Below are positions 21,713 to 31,386 of a stretch of DNA of 64,000 bases, piece by piece. The stretch is from Marivita sp. (GTDB lineage: Bacteria; Pseudomonadota; Alphaproteobacteria; Rhodobacterales; Rhodobacteraceae): the NCBI GenBank assembly GCA_041685125.1, contig JAWLGI010000008.1:3415-67414 (forward strand), given 5' to 3'. The position numbers and the translations under genes were made by a program. The notes beneath the pieces are model-generated. The model worked only from the letters and a program-made list of their open reading frames with translations, searched no databases and had not been told where the DNA came from. Position 1 is the stretch's first letter; each line of letters starts with the position of its first letter.

Positions 21713-22384
21713 CTAATCCGTATCCAGACTGCCGGCCCAATCCACCAAGCCCTGATGCCCGTTCGGGGTCAGGGCATAAACGCCTTTTTCCACCTTGCGA
21801 AACCAGCCGTAGTGATTGTCGCGCATCAGCGTCGTGGCATTGCGCACCCCGGTTGCCTTGGCCACATGCGCGCCTTTTTCGGCACCCGTCTCGGCGAGGT
21901 ACATGGCACAGCGCAGCGCGTCCTGACGGTAGGCGGTGACAATTCCGTGGCGCGTCGCCCCACCGGCGTTGGGGTCGCCCTGCAGTCGCGCGAATTCATG
22001 CAAGAGCTGGGTGCGCTTGGCGCGGCTGCGGCGCGGCGTGTAGGGGCCGGGATCACATTGCGGCTCGACCACGCCATCGCCCCGCACAGTCAGAAAGCCC
22101 AAGCCCAGCCTGCGGCACAAGACGCGATTCTCGCGCAGGGCGCGGCGCGCGTTGCGGCCTGTCGGTTTGGGCACCGCAAGATAGACCAGGTCTGTCAGGC
22201 GCAGCCGCGCCACCGCCTGATGGTACAGCGTGAGGGTCAGGCGCAGTTTCAACTCCACGATCACCGGGTCTTCGTCGCCCCGCACCGCCACCATGTCCGC
22301 CTTGCCGACCTCTCCTTTCACGGTAAAGCCCTGCGCCTCCAGATAGGCTTTGATCGGTGGATAGAGCTCTGCTTCGCGGTTCAT
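21713..22384 (-). CDS. DUF2161 family putative PD-(D/E)XK-type protein
   Basis: EAELYPPIK, VKGEV..D, VIVELK, GDPNAGG, DNHYGWF. Confidence 0.8.
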   Translation of the reverse strand: MNREAELYPPIKAYLEAQGFTVKGEVGKADMVAVRGDEDPVIVELKLRLTLTLYHQAVARLRLTDLVYLAVPKPTGRNARRALRENRVLCRRLGLGFLTVRGDGVVEPQCDPGPYTPRRSRAKRTQLLHEFARLQGDPNAGGATRHGIVTAYRQDALRCAMYLAETGAEKGAHVAKATGVRNATTLMRDNHYGWFRKVEKGVYALTPNGHQGLVDWAGSLDTD

Positions 22385-22465
22385 GGCCTATCAATGCGCG
22401 ACCGGCTTGCCGCTGGCAAGCGCAGCGCCTAGCTTGGATGTATCCGGCCCTGAAAGGACATCCCG

Positions 22466-23455
22466 ATGATTGCGCGCATCGCCTCGATTATGTGTTTCCT
22501 GTGCCTCGCCCAGCCGGCGCTGGCCGTCTGTTCCGGCACGGATCTGCGCACCACACTGAGCGCCGACGAACAGGCGCAGCTGGACCTGGTGCTCGACGAC
22601 ACCGTGTTCGCCGAGGGCAACCACTGGAAGGCCACACGCGGCGACAGCACGCTGCACCTGATCGGCACGATGCATCTTGACGATCCACGGCTTGCCGCAC
22701 CGGTGTCCCGCCTGCGCGACACGGTGGAACAGGCCGACCTGTTGCTGCTCGAAATGACGGACGAGGACGAAAAAGCGCTGCAACAAAGTCTGAGCACTGA
22801 TCCGAGCCTTTTGATCATGCCCGATGCGACCTTGCCCGAATTGCTGAGCGAAGACGAATGGGACCAGATGTCCGAGGCCTTCAGGGCGCGCGGCGTACCG
22901 CCCCCCATGGCCGCACGATTCCAGCCTTGGTATGTCTCGCTGATCCTCGCGGTGCCGGCCTGCGCCCCGTTGCAAGAGATGTCGTCCGGCGGCCTGGACG
23001 CCAAGCTCGAAGCCATTGCGCGCGATGCGGACGTGCCCCGCGCGGCGCTGGAGGATGTGAACACGGTGTTCGCCGCCTTCGCCGGCCAGCCGCGCGAGAC
23101 CCAGCTGGACATGATGCTGTCCGCGCTGGTCGATCCCGAGGTCAGCGAAGACCTGTTCGCGACCTTGCTCGCCAGCTATTTCGATGAAGGCACCGCCGAG
23201 GGCTGGGCGGTGTCCGAAATCCTCGCGCAACGCTACAGCCCGATTGATCCCGACGCAGCCGCCGACGTGTTTGCCACCATCGAACAGGAGATGCTGGTTG
23301 ACCGGAATCGCGCCTGGATTCCCGTGTTGCTGGAGGCGGTCGAGGCCAATGACAGGGTTGTCGCCGCGTTCGGCGCTGCCCACCTGCCCGGAGCCGATGG
23401 CGTTCTGGCCTTGCTTCAGGCGGAGGGGTTCACGCTCGAACGGCTAGCCTTCTGA
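22466..23455 (+). CDS. TraB/GumN family protein
   Basis: Signal peptide; LIGTMHL, LVDRNRAW, FGAAHLPG. Confidence 0.9.
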   Translation: MIARIASIMCFLCLAQPALAVCSGTDLRTTLSADEQAQLDLVLDDTVFAEGNHWKATRGDSTLHLIGTMHLDDPRLAAPVSRLRDTVEQADLLLLEMTDEDEKALQQSLSTDPSLLIMPDATLPELLSEDEWDQMSEAFRARGVPPPMAARFQPWYVSLILAVPACAPLQEMSSGGLDAKLEAIARDADVPRAALEDVNTVFAAFAGQPRETQLDMMLSALVDPEVSEDLFATLLASYFDEGTAEGWAVSEILAQRYSPIDPDAAADVFATIEQEMLVDRNRAWIPVLLEAVEANDRVVAAFGAAHLPGADGVLALLQAEGFTLERLAF

Positions 23456-24355
23456 GGATACCCTGCCGCGCACCTGGCTGTCATCCTTGAGCAAGAGCGC
23501 CAGCGCCCCCATGGTGATGCCCAGCCCGACAAGGATGAGCGCGGGTGGCAAGGACCGGCCCAGCGCCATTTCCCAAAGGATGACCCAGCTCGGCGTGAGA
23601 TAGGTATAGGCCATGACCTTGGCTGACGGAATGCGCAGGCTGGCATATTGCAACAACAGGAAGGTCGATGCCGTGGCCGCGATCGCGGTGTAGGCAATCG
23701 CGATCCAGACGATCGACGGCAGCGTCGCCCACTCCGTCGCCGCCATCGCCGGAGCGCCGATGATCACCAGCAGGATCGCCCCGGCCATCAGCGTGCCGAA
23801 GGTAAAGACCGCCGGCCGTTCCCCCCGGTTCAGCGTCGGCACCAGCGGGGTGTAGACCGCGTGCGCGATGCAGCCGACGAAAAAGATCGCCTCGCCCCGA
23901 CCGATGCCGAAGCTCAGCATCCGTTCGAAATCGGCGCGAAAGATCACCCAAAGCGCCCCGAGCGCGCCCAGGCTCAGCGCCAGCGCCATCCGCCCGGTCA
24001 GAACCTGCCGCAGGAGCAGCCAGCCAAACCCCGCCGCCATCAGCGGGGTCAGCGTGAACACCGCCGCCATCGACACCGGCGCCCCGGTCTTCAGCCCTTC
24101 GAACATCAGCACGAAATAGGTGGAAAAGAACACCGCCAGCACAAGGTACCGCCACGGCGCGCGAAACGCCCCCCGATCAAAGCCGCCGGTCGCCATGACA
24201 AGCGCACCCAGCAGGGCCGCCGCCAGCACGAAGCGCACCGCGTTCAAGGCTTGCGGCGCGATATGCGGCGCCGCCATCGAGCCAAGTGAAAACGACCCCG
24301 CCACGAGGGCCGAAAAGGCGAGCATCGCCAAATGGCCGCGCTTTGCCTCTGTCAT
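23444..24355 (-). CDS. DMT/EamA family transporter
   Basis: About 10 TM helices in two EamA repeats; starts 1 nt after the LysR stop. Confidence 0.88.
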   Translation of the reverse strand: MTEAKRGHLAMLAFSALVAGSFSLGSMAAPHIAPQALNAVRFVLAAALLGALVMATGGFDRGAFRAPWRYLVLAVFFSTYFVLMFEGLKTGAPVSMAAVFTLTPLMAAGFGWLLLRQVLTGRMALALSLGALGALWVIFRADFERMLSFGIGRGEAIFFVGCIAHAVYTPLVPTLNRGERPAVFTFGTLMAGAILLVIIGAPAMAATEWATLPSIVWIAIAYTAIAATASTFLLLQYASLRIPSAKVMAYTYLTPSWVILWEMALGRSLPPALILVGLGITMGALALLLKDDSQVRGRVSSEG

Positions 24356-24356
24356 G

Positions 24357-25244
24357 TCACGATCCCGCGTTATCGAACTCTTTGACCGCCGCCTTGAGGT
24401 AGGCCAGCAGCGTCTGCACCTTGGCCGTGCGGTGCAGATCAACATGGGTCACCAGCCAAAGCTGTGCCGCCCACTCCGCAAGCGGCGGCATCACAGTCAC
24501 AAGGTTCGGATCAGCCTCGCCCTGGCGCAATGGCAGGAACCCGATCCCTGCCCCGCTGCGCACAGCCGCACTCATGCTGTTGGTGTCGGTGGTGCGGAAT
24601 ACGACCCGGTCATAGGGCACCTTGGAGCGCAACCATTTCTGGAACGGCGCCCGCCCGTCGGGATTGTCATCGCCGACAAAGACATGGTTGACCAGATCGG
24701 CCTCGTCCCTGGGCAGCCCGCGCTCTTCAACATAGCTCCTTGAGGCATAAAGCCCGACCTTCAGCTCTGTCAGCGGCTGCACCACGTTGTCGGGCTCGTT
24801 TGGCGCGGTGCCTGCGCGGATGGCCACATGCGCCTCGCCGTATTCCAGGCGGAACACGCGCGCATCGGTCAGGTAACGCAGAACGACATCCGGATACTCC
24901 GCCTTGAAATTCGCAAGCACCGGCACGAGGAAATCGGACAGCTCGACGATGGACGTGATCATCAACTCGCCGCTGACCTCGGACCCACGCCCCTTGATAC
25001 GACCGACAAGCTGCTGCAACTGATCCTCGGTCGTCTGTGCCACGCGGGCCAGGTCGGCGCCGGATTCGGTGGGTGTATAGCCCCGCGCATGGCGCTGGAA
25101 CAGCTTGACCCCCAGCCGCGTCTCGAGCGCATCGATATGCCGGATCACCGTGGCATGGTGCACCCCCAGAACGTCAGCAGCCCCGCTGACCGTGCCCTGC
25201 CGCGCGACCTGATAGGCCGTCCGTACTTCGTCCCAATGTTCCAT
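24357..25244 (-). CDS. LysR family transcriptional regulator
   Basis: N-terminal HTH GTVSGAADVLGVHHATVIRHIDALE; divergent from azoreductase. Confidence 0.95.
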   Translation of the reverse strand: MEHWDEVRTAYQVARQGTVSGAADVLGVHHATVIRHIDALETRLGVKLFQRHARGYTPTESGADLARVAQTTEDQLQQLVGRIKGRGSEVSGELMITSIVELSDFLVPVLANFKAEYPDVVLRYLTDARVFRLEYGEAHVAIRAGTAPNEPDNVVQPLTELKVGLYASRSYVEERGLPRDEADLVNHVFVGDDNPDGRAPFQKWLRSKVPYDRVVFRTTDTNSMSAAVRSGAGIGFLPLRQGEADPNLVTVMPPLAEWAAQLWLVTHVDLHRTAKVQTLLAYLKAAVKEFDNAGS

Positions 25245-25358
25245 AGCCTGCCTTTGTGCAAATGCTCACATATAATGCGCATTTCTTTCTATATCGTGCA
25301 AAAATACTAGCCCTATAAGGAGATCACAAGTCAAACACTTCTGTGATCGGAATACCCC

Positions 25359-25940
25359 ATGACCAACACTGTTCTCCGCATCGACGCCTCCGCGCGCCAC
25401 GACGGGTCTGAAACCCGTGCCCTGACGCAACGCATCATCGACCGGCTTGCGCCGCAAAGCCTCATCCAGCGCGACCTGGCCACCGCGATCCCGAGCCTCG
25501 ACGCCGATTGGCTGGCCGCCAGCTGGACTCCCGAGGATCAGCGCAGCGACGCCCAGCGCGAGACGCTGGCGCTCTCCGACAGCCTGATTGCCGAACTTCA
25601 GGCGGCCGATACGCTGGTCATCGGCACTCCGATCTACAATTTCGGTATTCCGGCCCCGCTCAAGGCATGGATCGACCAGATCGCCCGCGCCGGCGTCACC
25701 TTCCGTTACACCGAAGCCGGGCCCGAGGGCTTCATGACCGGCAAGCGCGCCATCATCGCCATCGCTTCGGGCGGAACGCAGGTCGGGTCCGATATCGACT
25801 TTGCGAGCGGCTATTTGCGCCACATCCTGGGCTTCCTCGGCATCACCGATGTCCAGTTCGTTGCGGCCGACCTGCTGATGATCGACGCCGAGGCCTCCCA
25901 CGCCAAGGCAAATGCGGCGCTTGAGGCGCTCGCGGCCTGA
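25359..25940 (+). CDS. azoR: FMN-dependent NADH-azoreductase
   Basis: LRIDASAR, TPIYNFGIPAPLKAWID, TFRYTEAGPEG. Confidence 0.92.
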   Translation: MTNTVLRIDASARHDGSETRALTQRIIDRLAPQSLIQRDLATAIPSLDADWLAASWTPEDQRSDAQRETLALSDSLIAELQAADTLVIGTPIYNFGIPAPLKAWIDQIARAGVTFRYTEAGPEGFMTGKRAIIAIASGGTQVGSDIDFASGYLRHILGFLGITDVQFVAADLLMIDAEASHAKANAALEALAA

Positions 25941-26035
25941 CCGAAACGGCGCGCGGCTTGACTCTGCGCGCCGATCTGGCCTAAACGCATCACAACTCCG
26001 GGAAGCACGACTTTCCGGTCCCTTGGACATTGTCC

Positions 26036-26080
26036 GGGATCGCCCCCCACCAGCGTGTCACGCCCGTGGGGGCGTTTGAC
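26036..26080 (+). ncRNA. ffh leader RNA motif (alphaproteobacterial)
   Basis: CGCCCCCCAC-CAGCGTGTCACGCCC-GTGGGGGCG stem-loop in the ffh 5' region, resembling the known ffh upstream motif. Confidence 0.6.
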
Positions 26081-26145
26081 GTTTGGCAAAGGCGCCGCTG
26101 GTCCTTACATCAGGACCAAACCAGCGGCAAAGGAGGCGAAAGCCC

Positions 26146-27645
26146 ATGTTTGAAAATCTGTCCGACCGCCTCGGAAGCGTCTTCGATCGGCTGACCAAAC
26201 AGGGCGCGCTGTCCGAGGATGACGTCAAGACCGCGCTGCGCGAGGTGCGCGTGGCCTTGCTCGAAGCGGACGTCTCCCTGCCCGTGGCGCGCGATTTCAT
26301 CAAGGCGGTGCAATCGAAGGCAACCGGGCAGGCAGTGACGAAATCGGTCACGCCAGGCCAACAGGTCGTCAAGATCGTGCATGATGAGTTGAAGCACGTC
26401 CTGACCGGTGACGAAGACCCCGGCGCTCTGAAAATCGACAACCCGCCGGCACCGATCCTCATGGTCGGTCTGCAGGGCGGCGGCAAGACAACCACCACCG
26501 CCAAGATCGCCAAGCGCCTGAAGGAGCGCGACGGCAAGAAGGTTCTCATGGCGTCGCTCGACGTCAACCGACCCGCCGCGATGGAGCAATTGCAGATCCT
26601 CGGCACCCAGATCGGCGTCGATACCCTTCCCATCGTCAAGGGCGAAGATCCGGTCGCGATCGCCAAGCGCACCAAGACGCAGGCCAGCCTCGGCGGCTAC
26701 GATGTCTACATGCTCGACACCGCCGGCAGGCTGTCCATCGACGAAGAGCTGATGGCGCAGGTCGAAGCGGTGCGCGACGTCGCCAACCCGCGCGAGACGC
26801 TGCTTGTCGTCGATGGCCTGACCGGTCAGGACGCGGTGCAAACGGCGGAAAACTTCGACGACCGCATCGGCATCTCCGGTGTCGTTCTCACCCGGATGGA
26901 CGGCGACGGGCGCGGCGGCGCGGCCCTGTCGATGCGGGCGGTCACGGGCAAGCCGATCCGCTTCGTCGGCCTGGGCGAAAAGATGGACGCGCTCGAAACC
27001 TTCGAGCCGGACCGAATCGCGGGCCGCATCCTCGGCATGGGCGACATCGTCTCGCTCGTCGAAAAGGCGCAACAGACGCTGGAGGTCGAACAGGCCGAGC
27101 GCATGATGAAGCGCTTCCAGAAGGGTCAGTTCAACATGAACGACCTCAAGATGCAGCTCGAACAGATGATGAAGATGGGCGGCATGGAAGGCATGATGGC
27201 CATGATGCCGGGCGCCCAGAAGATGGCGAAACAGATGGATGGCGCAGGCATCGACGACAAGATGCTGCGCCAGCAGATCGCGCTGATCCAGTCCATGACG
27301 AAACGCGAACGCGCCAACCCGCAACTCCTGCAGGCCAGCCGCAAGAAACGGATCGCAAAAGGCGCGGGGCTGGAGGTCAGCGATCTCAACAAGCTGCTCA
27401 AGATGCAACGGCAGATGTCGGACATGATGAAGAAGATGGGCAAGATGGGCAAAGGCGGCATGCTCAAACAGACCATGAAGGGCATGTTCGGCAAAGGCGG
27501 TGCACCCGAAGACATGGATCCCGGCCAGATGGACCCCAAGGCGCTGGAACAGGCAGCCAAAAAGATGGGCATGGGCGGCATGCCCGGCATGGGTGGCGGC
27601 AGCGGCCTGCCCCCCGGTCTCAGCGGGTTCGGGAAAAAGAAATGA
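26146..27645 (+). CDS. ffh: Signal recognition particle protein
   Basis: MFENLSDRL, GLQGGGKTT, DTAGR, Met-rich M domain; SD AGGAGG. Confidence 0.99.
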   Translation: MFENLSDRLGSVFDRLTKQGALSEDDVKTALREVRVALLEADVSLPVARDFIKAVQSKATGQAVTKSVTPGQQVVKIVHDELKHVLTGDEDPGALKIDNPPAPILMVGLQGGGKTTTTAKIAKRLKERDGKKVLMASLDVNRPAAMEQLQILGTQIGVDTLPIVKGEDPVAIAKRTKTQASLGGYDVYMLDTAGRLSIDEELMAQVEAVRDVANPRETLLVVDGLTGQDAVQTAENFDDRIGISGVVLTRMDGDGRGGAALSMRAVTGKPIRFVGLGEKMDALETFEPDRIAGRILGMGDIVSLVEKAQQTLEVEQAERMMKRFQKGQFNMNDLKMQLEQMMKMGGMEGMMAMMPGAQKMAKQMDGAGIDDKMLRQQIALIQSMTKRERANPQLLQASRKKRIAKGAGLEVSDLNKLLKMQRQMSDMMKKMGKMGKGGMLKQTMKGMFGKGGAPEDMDPGQMDPKALEQAAKKMGMGGMPGMGGGSGLPPGLSGFGKKK

Positions 27646-27768
27646 TGTCTTCTTCTCTTTCCAAATATGCAAACACCCGGCCTGCCGCAGGCGTGACGCG
27701 CACCACGCTGGCGCATGTCGCAGCCCGCACCACGAAGCTGCCGCGCGTCAGCGCAACATTTTGATCGC

Positions 27769-28305
27769 ATGACCAACGCACCCATCCTCACCACCGCGCG
27801 TCTGCGCCTGCGCGGCCACAGCCGGTCCGATCTGGACAGGCTGTGCGGCCTGATGGGCAGCGATCACGCGCGCTTCATGGGGGGCCCCATGCCGCGCAAG
27901 GAAGCCTGGCGCTGGCTGGCATCGGAGGTGGCAATGTGGGACCTGATGGGCCACGGGGCCTGGGGGATCGAGGCGTCTGACGGTCGTTTCATCGGTCAGG
28001 TTGGCCTGCTGAAACCGCCGCATTTCCCGGAAGTCGAAATCGGCTGGACGCTGCTGCCCGAGGCCGAAGGCAAAGGCTACGCCTTCGAAGCTGCCAGCGC
28101 CGCGCTCGCCTGGGCATGGGATCAGGGTTTCGAGACGCTGGTCAGCTACATTACACCCGAAAACACCCGCTCCCGCGCTCTGGCAGGACGGCTCGGCGCG
28201 ACGCTCGACCCGGATGCGCCCCTGCCTGATGGCGAAACACCCGAGGAAACCATCGTCTACCGCCACAGCCCCGACAGTGACGGCAGCCCGGAGGCCTACG
28301 CATGA
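27769..28305 (+). CDS. GNAT N-acetyltransferase (RimJ/RimL-like)
   Basis: LTTARLRLR, EIGW, EGKGYAFEA, NTRSRALA. Confidence 0.9.
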   Translation: MTNAPILTTARLRLRGHSRSDLDRLCGLMGSDHARFMGGPMPRKEAWRWLASEVAMWDLMGHGAWGIEASDGRFIGQVGLLKPPHFPEVEIGWTLLPEAEGKGYAFEAASAALAWAWDQGFETLVSYITPENTRSRALAGRLGATLDPDAPLPDGETPEETIVYRHSPDSDGSPEAYA

Positions 28306-28326
28306 CTGCGCCGGTGACGCAGGGCC

Positions 28327-28392
28327 AAGCGCCTTGGAAGGCGCTTGCGACGCGGTTTGCAAACCGCGTCGCAAGCCTTTTCGAAAAGGCTT
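28327..28392. repeat. Triple 20-bp palindrome element, copy 1
   Basis: AAGCGCCTTGGAAGGCGCTT / ACGCGGTTTGCAAACCGCGT / AAGCCTTTTCGAAAAGGCTT at 23-bp period; homologous to 34227-34293. Confidence 0.85.
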
Positions 28393-28399
28393 GCCGCCC

Positions 28400-28927
28400 A
28401 TGAGTCTGACCAATGCCCCCACCCTCGAAACCGATCGCCTGATCCTGCGCGGCCCGGAAAAGCGCGACGCGGATGCGATGATCGCCTTCCTGATGGATGA
28501 CACCCGGTCAGCTGGCTTTGGCGGCTATACCAACCGCCCGGACTCGTGGCGCTGGTTCACGCTCAACGTGGGCCATTGGCACTGGCACGGCTACGGGTAT
28601 TTCACGATTCAAGACAAGGCGACGGGCAAACCGGCGGGCATATCGGGCATCTGGAACCCCGAAGGCTGGCCAGAACCCGAGGTGGGCTGGGTTGTGTTCG
28701 ACGGGTACGAAGGCAAGGGCATCGCTTTTGAAGCCGCCACCCGCGCGCGCCGATGGGCCTATGAGGACCTTGGGTTTACCACGCTGACCTCCAACATCGT
28801 GCCGGGCAACACCCGCTCGATCCGGCTGGCCGAACGCATGGGTGCGGTTTACGAGCGCACCTACCACAACCCGAACATGGGCGAAGACCTGCTTTACCGT
28901 CATCCTGGACCGGAGGCGCTGGCATGA
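28400..28927 (+). CDS. GNAT N-acetyltransferase (RimJ/RimL-like)
   Basis: LETDRLILR, PEVGW, EGKGIAFEA, NTRSIRLAER. Confidence 0.9.
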   Translation: MSLTNAPTLETDRLILRGPEKRDADAMIAFLMDDTRSAGFGGYTNRPDSWRWFTLNVGHWHWHGYGYFTIQDKATGKPAGISGIWNPEGWPEPEVGWVVFDGYEGKGIAFEAATRARRWAYEDLGFTTLTSNIVPGNTRSIRLAERMGAVYERTYHNPNMGEDLLYRHPGPEALA

Positions 28928-29526
28928 GTTTGGACATCCCCGTTCTCGAAACGAAGCGCCTGGAGATGCGCGCGCCCGAACCCGAAGATTACCCCGACTT
29001 CAAGGCCACCTTCGCCTCGTATCGGTCGCGCTTCATGGGCGGGCCGCTCAATGCCTACGAGGCGTGGATGCTTTATGCCGCAGAAATCGGCCACTGGGAA
29101 ATCCGCGGCTTCGGCATGTGGATGGTGCACCTCAGGGACACGGGCGAAACCGTCGGCATGGCCGGTGGCTGGTCGCCGGCGAAATGGCCCGAGCGCGAAA
29201 TCGCCTGGATCATCTGGCCGGACCGCGCCGGCAAGGGGTACGCGCTTGAAGCGACCCATCGCGTTCGGAGCTATTTCTACGACGAAAAAGGCTGGGACAC
29301 CGCCGTGAGCTATCTCGACCCCAAGAACCTCGACAGCATTCGCCTGGCCGAACGGCTCGGCGCGCGCAAGGACACGGAGGCGCCGTCGGTCGATGGCAGC
29401 GATGTCGTCTACCGCCATCCCGGCCCCGACGCCCTGCGCGGCACGCAGCTTGCGCATGGCATCGACATGGAAATCGCGCATTACCAGGACCCTCTGTTCA
29501 AACCGAAAGGCTGGGCCATTGACTGA
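28924..29526 (+). CDS. GNAT N-acetyltransferase (RimJ/RimL-like)
   Basis: LETKRLEMR, EIAW, AGKGYALEA, NLDSIRLAER. Confidence 0.9.
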   Translation: MSLDIPVLETKRLEMRAPEPEDYPDFKATFASYRSRFMGGPLNAYEAWMLYAAEIGHWEIRGFGMWMVHLRDTGETVGMAGGWSPAKWPEREIAWIIWPDRAGKGYALEATHRVRSYFYDEKGWDTAVSYLDPKNLDSIRLAERLGARKDTEAPSVDGSDVVYRHPGPDALRGTQLAHGIDMEIAHYQDPLFKPKGWAID

Positions 29527-29827
29527 CATCATTCCCGATCCCGTGGCCCATGCGGACGACCTGCTGCGGGGCCATCGCGACAGCATCGACAGGCTGGACG
29601 CGATCCTCGTGTTCACCCTGGCCGAACGGTTCAAACACACGCAGGCCGTTGGCGAGCTCAAAGCGCGCCACGACCTCCCGCCCTCAGACCCCGCGCGCGA
29701 AGCAAGACAGATCGCGCGGCTCGAAGAGCTTGCGGCTCAGGCCGACCTGGACCCTGAGTTCGCCAAGAAATTCCTGAATTTCATCATTCAGGAAGTCATC
29801 CAGCACCACAAACAGAAACAATCCTGA
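29519..29827 (+). CDS. Chorismate mutase (AroQ type)
   Basis: [35 protein letters not shown]; TTG start inferred. Confidence 0.9.
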   Translation: MTDIIPDPVAHADDLLRGHRDSIDRLDAILVFTLAERFKHTQAVGELKARHDLPPSDPAREARQIARLEELAAQADLDPEFAKKFLNFIIQEVIQHHKQKQS

Positions 29828-29867
29828 CGGGCCTCCCGTCACTCTGGAAAACTCAGGAGAATACCAT

Positions 29868-30236
29868 ATGGCTATCAAGATTCGTCTCGCCCGCAGCGGC
29901 TCAAAGAAGCGCCCGTTTTACCGCATCGTGGCCGCCGACACCCGGATGCCGCGGGACGGCCGCTTCATCGAAAAGCTGGGCACCTATAACCCGCTCTTGC
30001 CGAAAGACCGCGAAGATCGCGTCAAGATGGATGTCGAGCGCATCAAGCACTGGATGGACCAGGGCGCAAAGCCGACCGACCGGGTTTCGCGCTTCCTTGA
30101 AGCGGCCGGCGCCATCGAGAAGAAAGAGCGCAACAACCCCAAGAAAGCCACACCGGGCAAGGCCGCCCAGGAACGCGCCGAAACCAAGGCTGCAAAAGCG
30201 GCCGAAGCGGCAACCGAAACGGCGTCCGCGGACTGA
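29868..30236 (+). CDS. rpsP: 30S ribosomal protein S16
   Basis: [35 protein letters not shown]. Confidence 0.99.
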   Translation: MAIKIRLARSGSKKRPFYRIVAADTRMPRDGRFIEKLGTYNPLLPKDREDRVKMDVERIKHWMDQGAKPTDRVSRFLEAAGAIEKKERNNPKKATPGKAAQERAETKAAKAAEAATETASAD

Positions 30237-30249
30237 TCGCGGACCGCTC

Positions 30250-30282
30250 GTGCAGATGGCTGGCCCACCCGGCCATCTGCAC
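30250..30282 (+). terminator. Stem-loop after rpsP
   Basis: GTGCAGATGGC/GCCATCTGCAC inverted repeat; weak U tract. Confidence 0.45.
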
Positions 30283-30482
30283 CCCATTCAAATGTCCCAG
30301 TCTTCCCGGCCACCCTCGGGTCACTGTCTGATTATTGTCACAAAGCGGCGACCCAAGTGGAAATTCGCGGCGGTCCGGCAGCGGGGCGCGGGTCCACTGC
30401 CTTGACGCAGGCCAACCGGCGCATCATCTGACGATAAATGCAACCCGTCTCTACGCCCCCTGCTTCACAAGGATCCGTTGCC

Positions 30483-31310
30483 ATGTTTGCGCGCCTCGCC
30501 ACCCTCTCCAGCCTTGTTCTTGGCACCGCTGCCCCGGCCTATGCCGCGGGCCCCGAGGCCACCCCGGCAGAGCCGGCGATGACCGCCCCGGCGGCGGAGC
30601 CCGCGCCGACACCCCCACAATTCGTGTTCACCCTGCGCGGGGGCGTTGCCGCATCGCCCGAATATTTCGGCTCCGATGATTACGCGATCGGCCCCGACCT
30701 GGGCTTTCGCTTCAACTACCTCGCGCTTGGCAATGGCCGCAATCTTGGCAACCCCGACCCCTGGGCCGACAGCATGGGTCTGACATTCGGTGGATCGTTC
30801 CGGTTTATCCAGGACCGCGACGCCGACGATTTCGACGAACTCGCCGGTCTTGAAACCATCGACGCCACGGTCGAACTTGGCGCATCCCTGCGCTACGGCA
30901 CAGAGCATTTTGCCGCCTTCGGCGAGGTTCGCCGTGGCTTTGGCGGACATGACGGCTGGGTTGGAGAGCTTGGCGCAGACGCGATCCTGCGCCCGTCCGA
31001 CCGGCTCAGGCTCACATTGGGTCCGCGCATCTTCTATGGCGATGACACATATTCCGACACCTATTTCGGCGTCACCGCAGCCGAGGCCAGCGCCGACCTG
31101 TCGGCGTACGATCCCGAGGGCGGCATGGTTTCGGCCGGTGTCGAATTCGGGGCAAGCTATCAGATCAATGACGATTGGGGCCTCGAAGGCGCGGTCACCT
31201 GGGAAAAATACACCGACGACGCGCTGGACAGCCCGATTGTCGAACAGGGCTCGGATGAACAATGGGGCGTGCGCTTTGGCGTGAACCGCGTGTTCAGCAT
31301 CGGCGGCTGA
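30483..31310 (+). CDS. MipA/OmpV family outer-membrane protein
   Basis: Signal peptide; PEYFGSDDY, YSDTYFGV, DSPIV motifs. Confidence 0.88.
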   Translation: MFARLATLSSLVLGTAAPAYAAGPEATPAEPAMTAPAAEPAPTPPQFVFTLRGGVAASPEYFGSDDYAIGPDLGFRFNYLALGNGRNLGNPDPWADSMGLTFGGSFRFIQDRDADDFDELAGLETIDATVELGASLRYGTEHFAAFGEVRRGFGGHDGWVGELGADAILRPSDRLRLTLGPRIFYGDDTYSDTYFGVTAAEASADLSAYDPEGGMVSAGVEFGASYQINDDWGLEGAVTWEKYTDDALDSPIVEQGSDEQWGVRFGVNRVFSIGG

Positions 31311-31386
31311 TCGCCCCTGACGGAGATTGCCTCTGACCACCGGTGTGGTCTATCCAGTCGTTCAAAGCGACCGGGAGCGAAAATCG

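Noticed and set aside
21713-22384. DUF2161 and NYN (53222-53794) as defence-system nucleases
   Set aside because: Both are solitary among core genes, with no partner defence or mobility genes
28327-28392. CRISPR array or attC-like reading of the palindrome triplet
   Set aside because: No identical repeats with unique spacers, no cas or integrase gene, no attC GTT/AAC boxes
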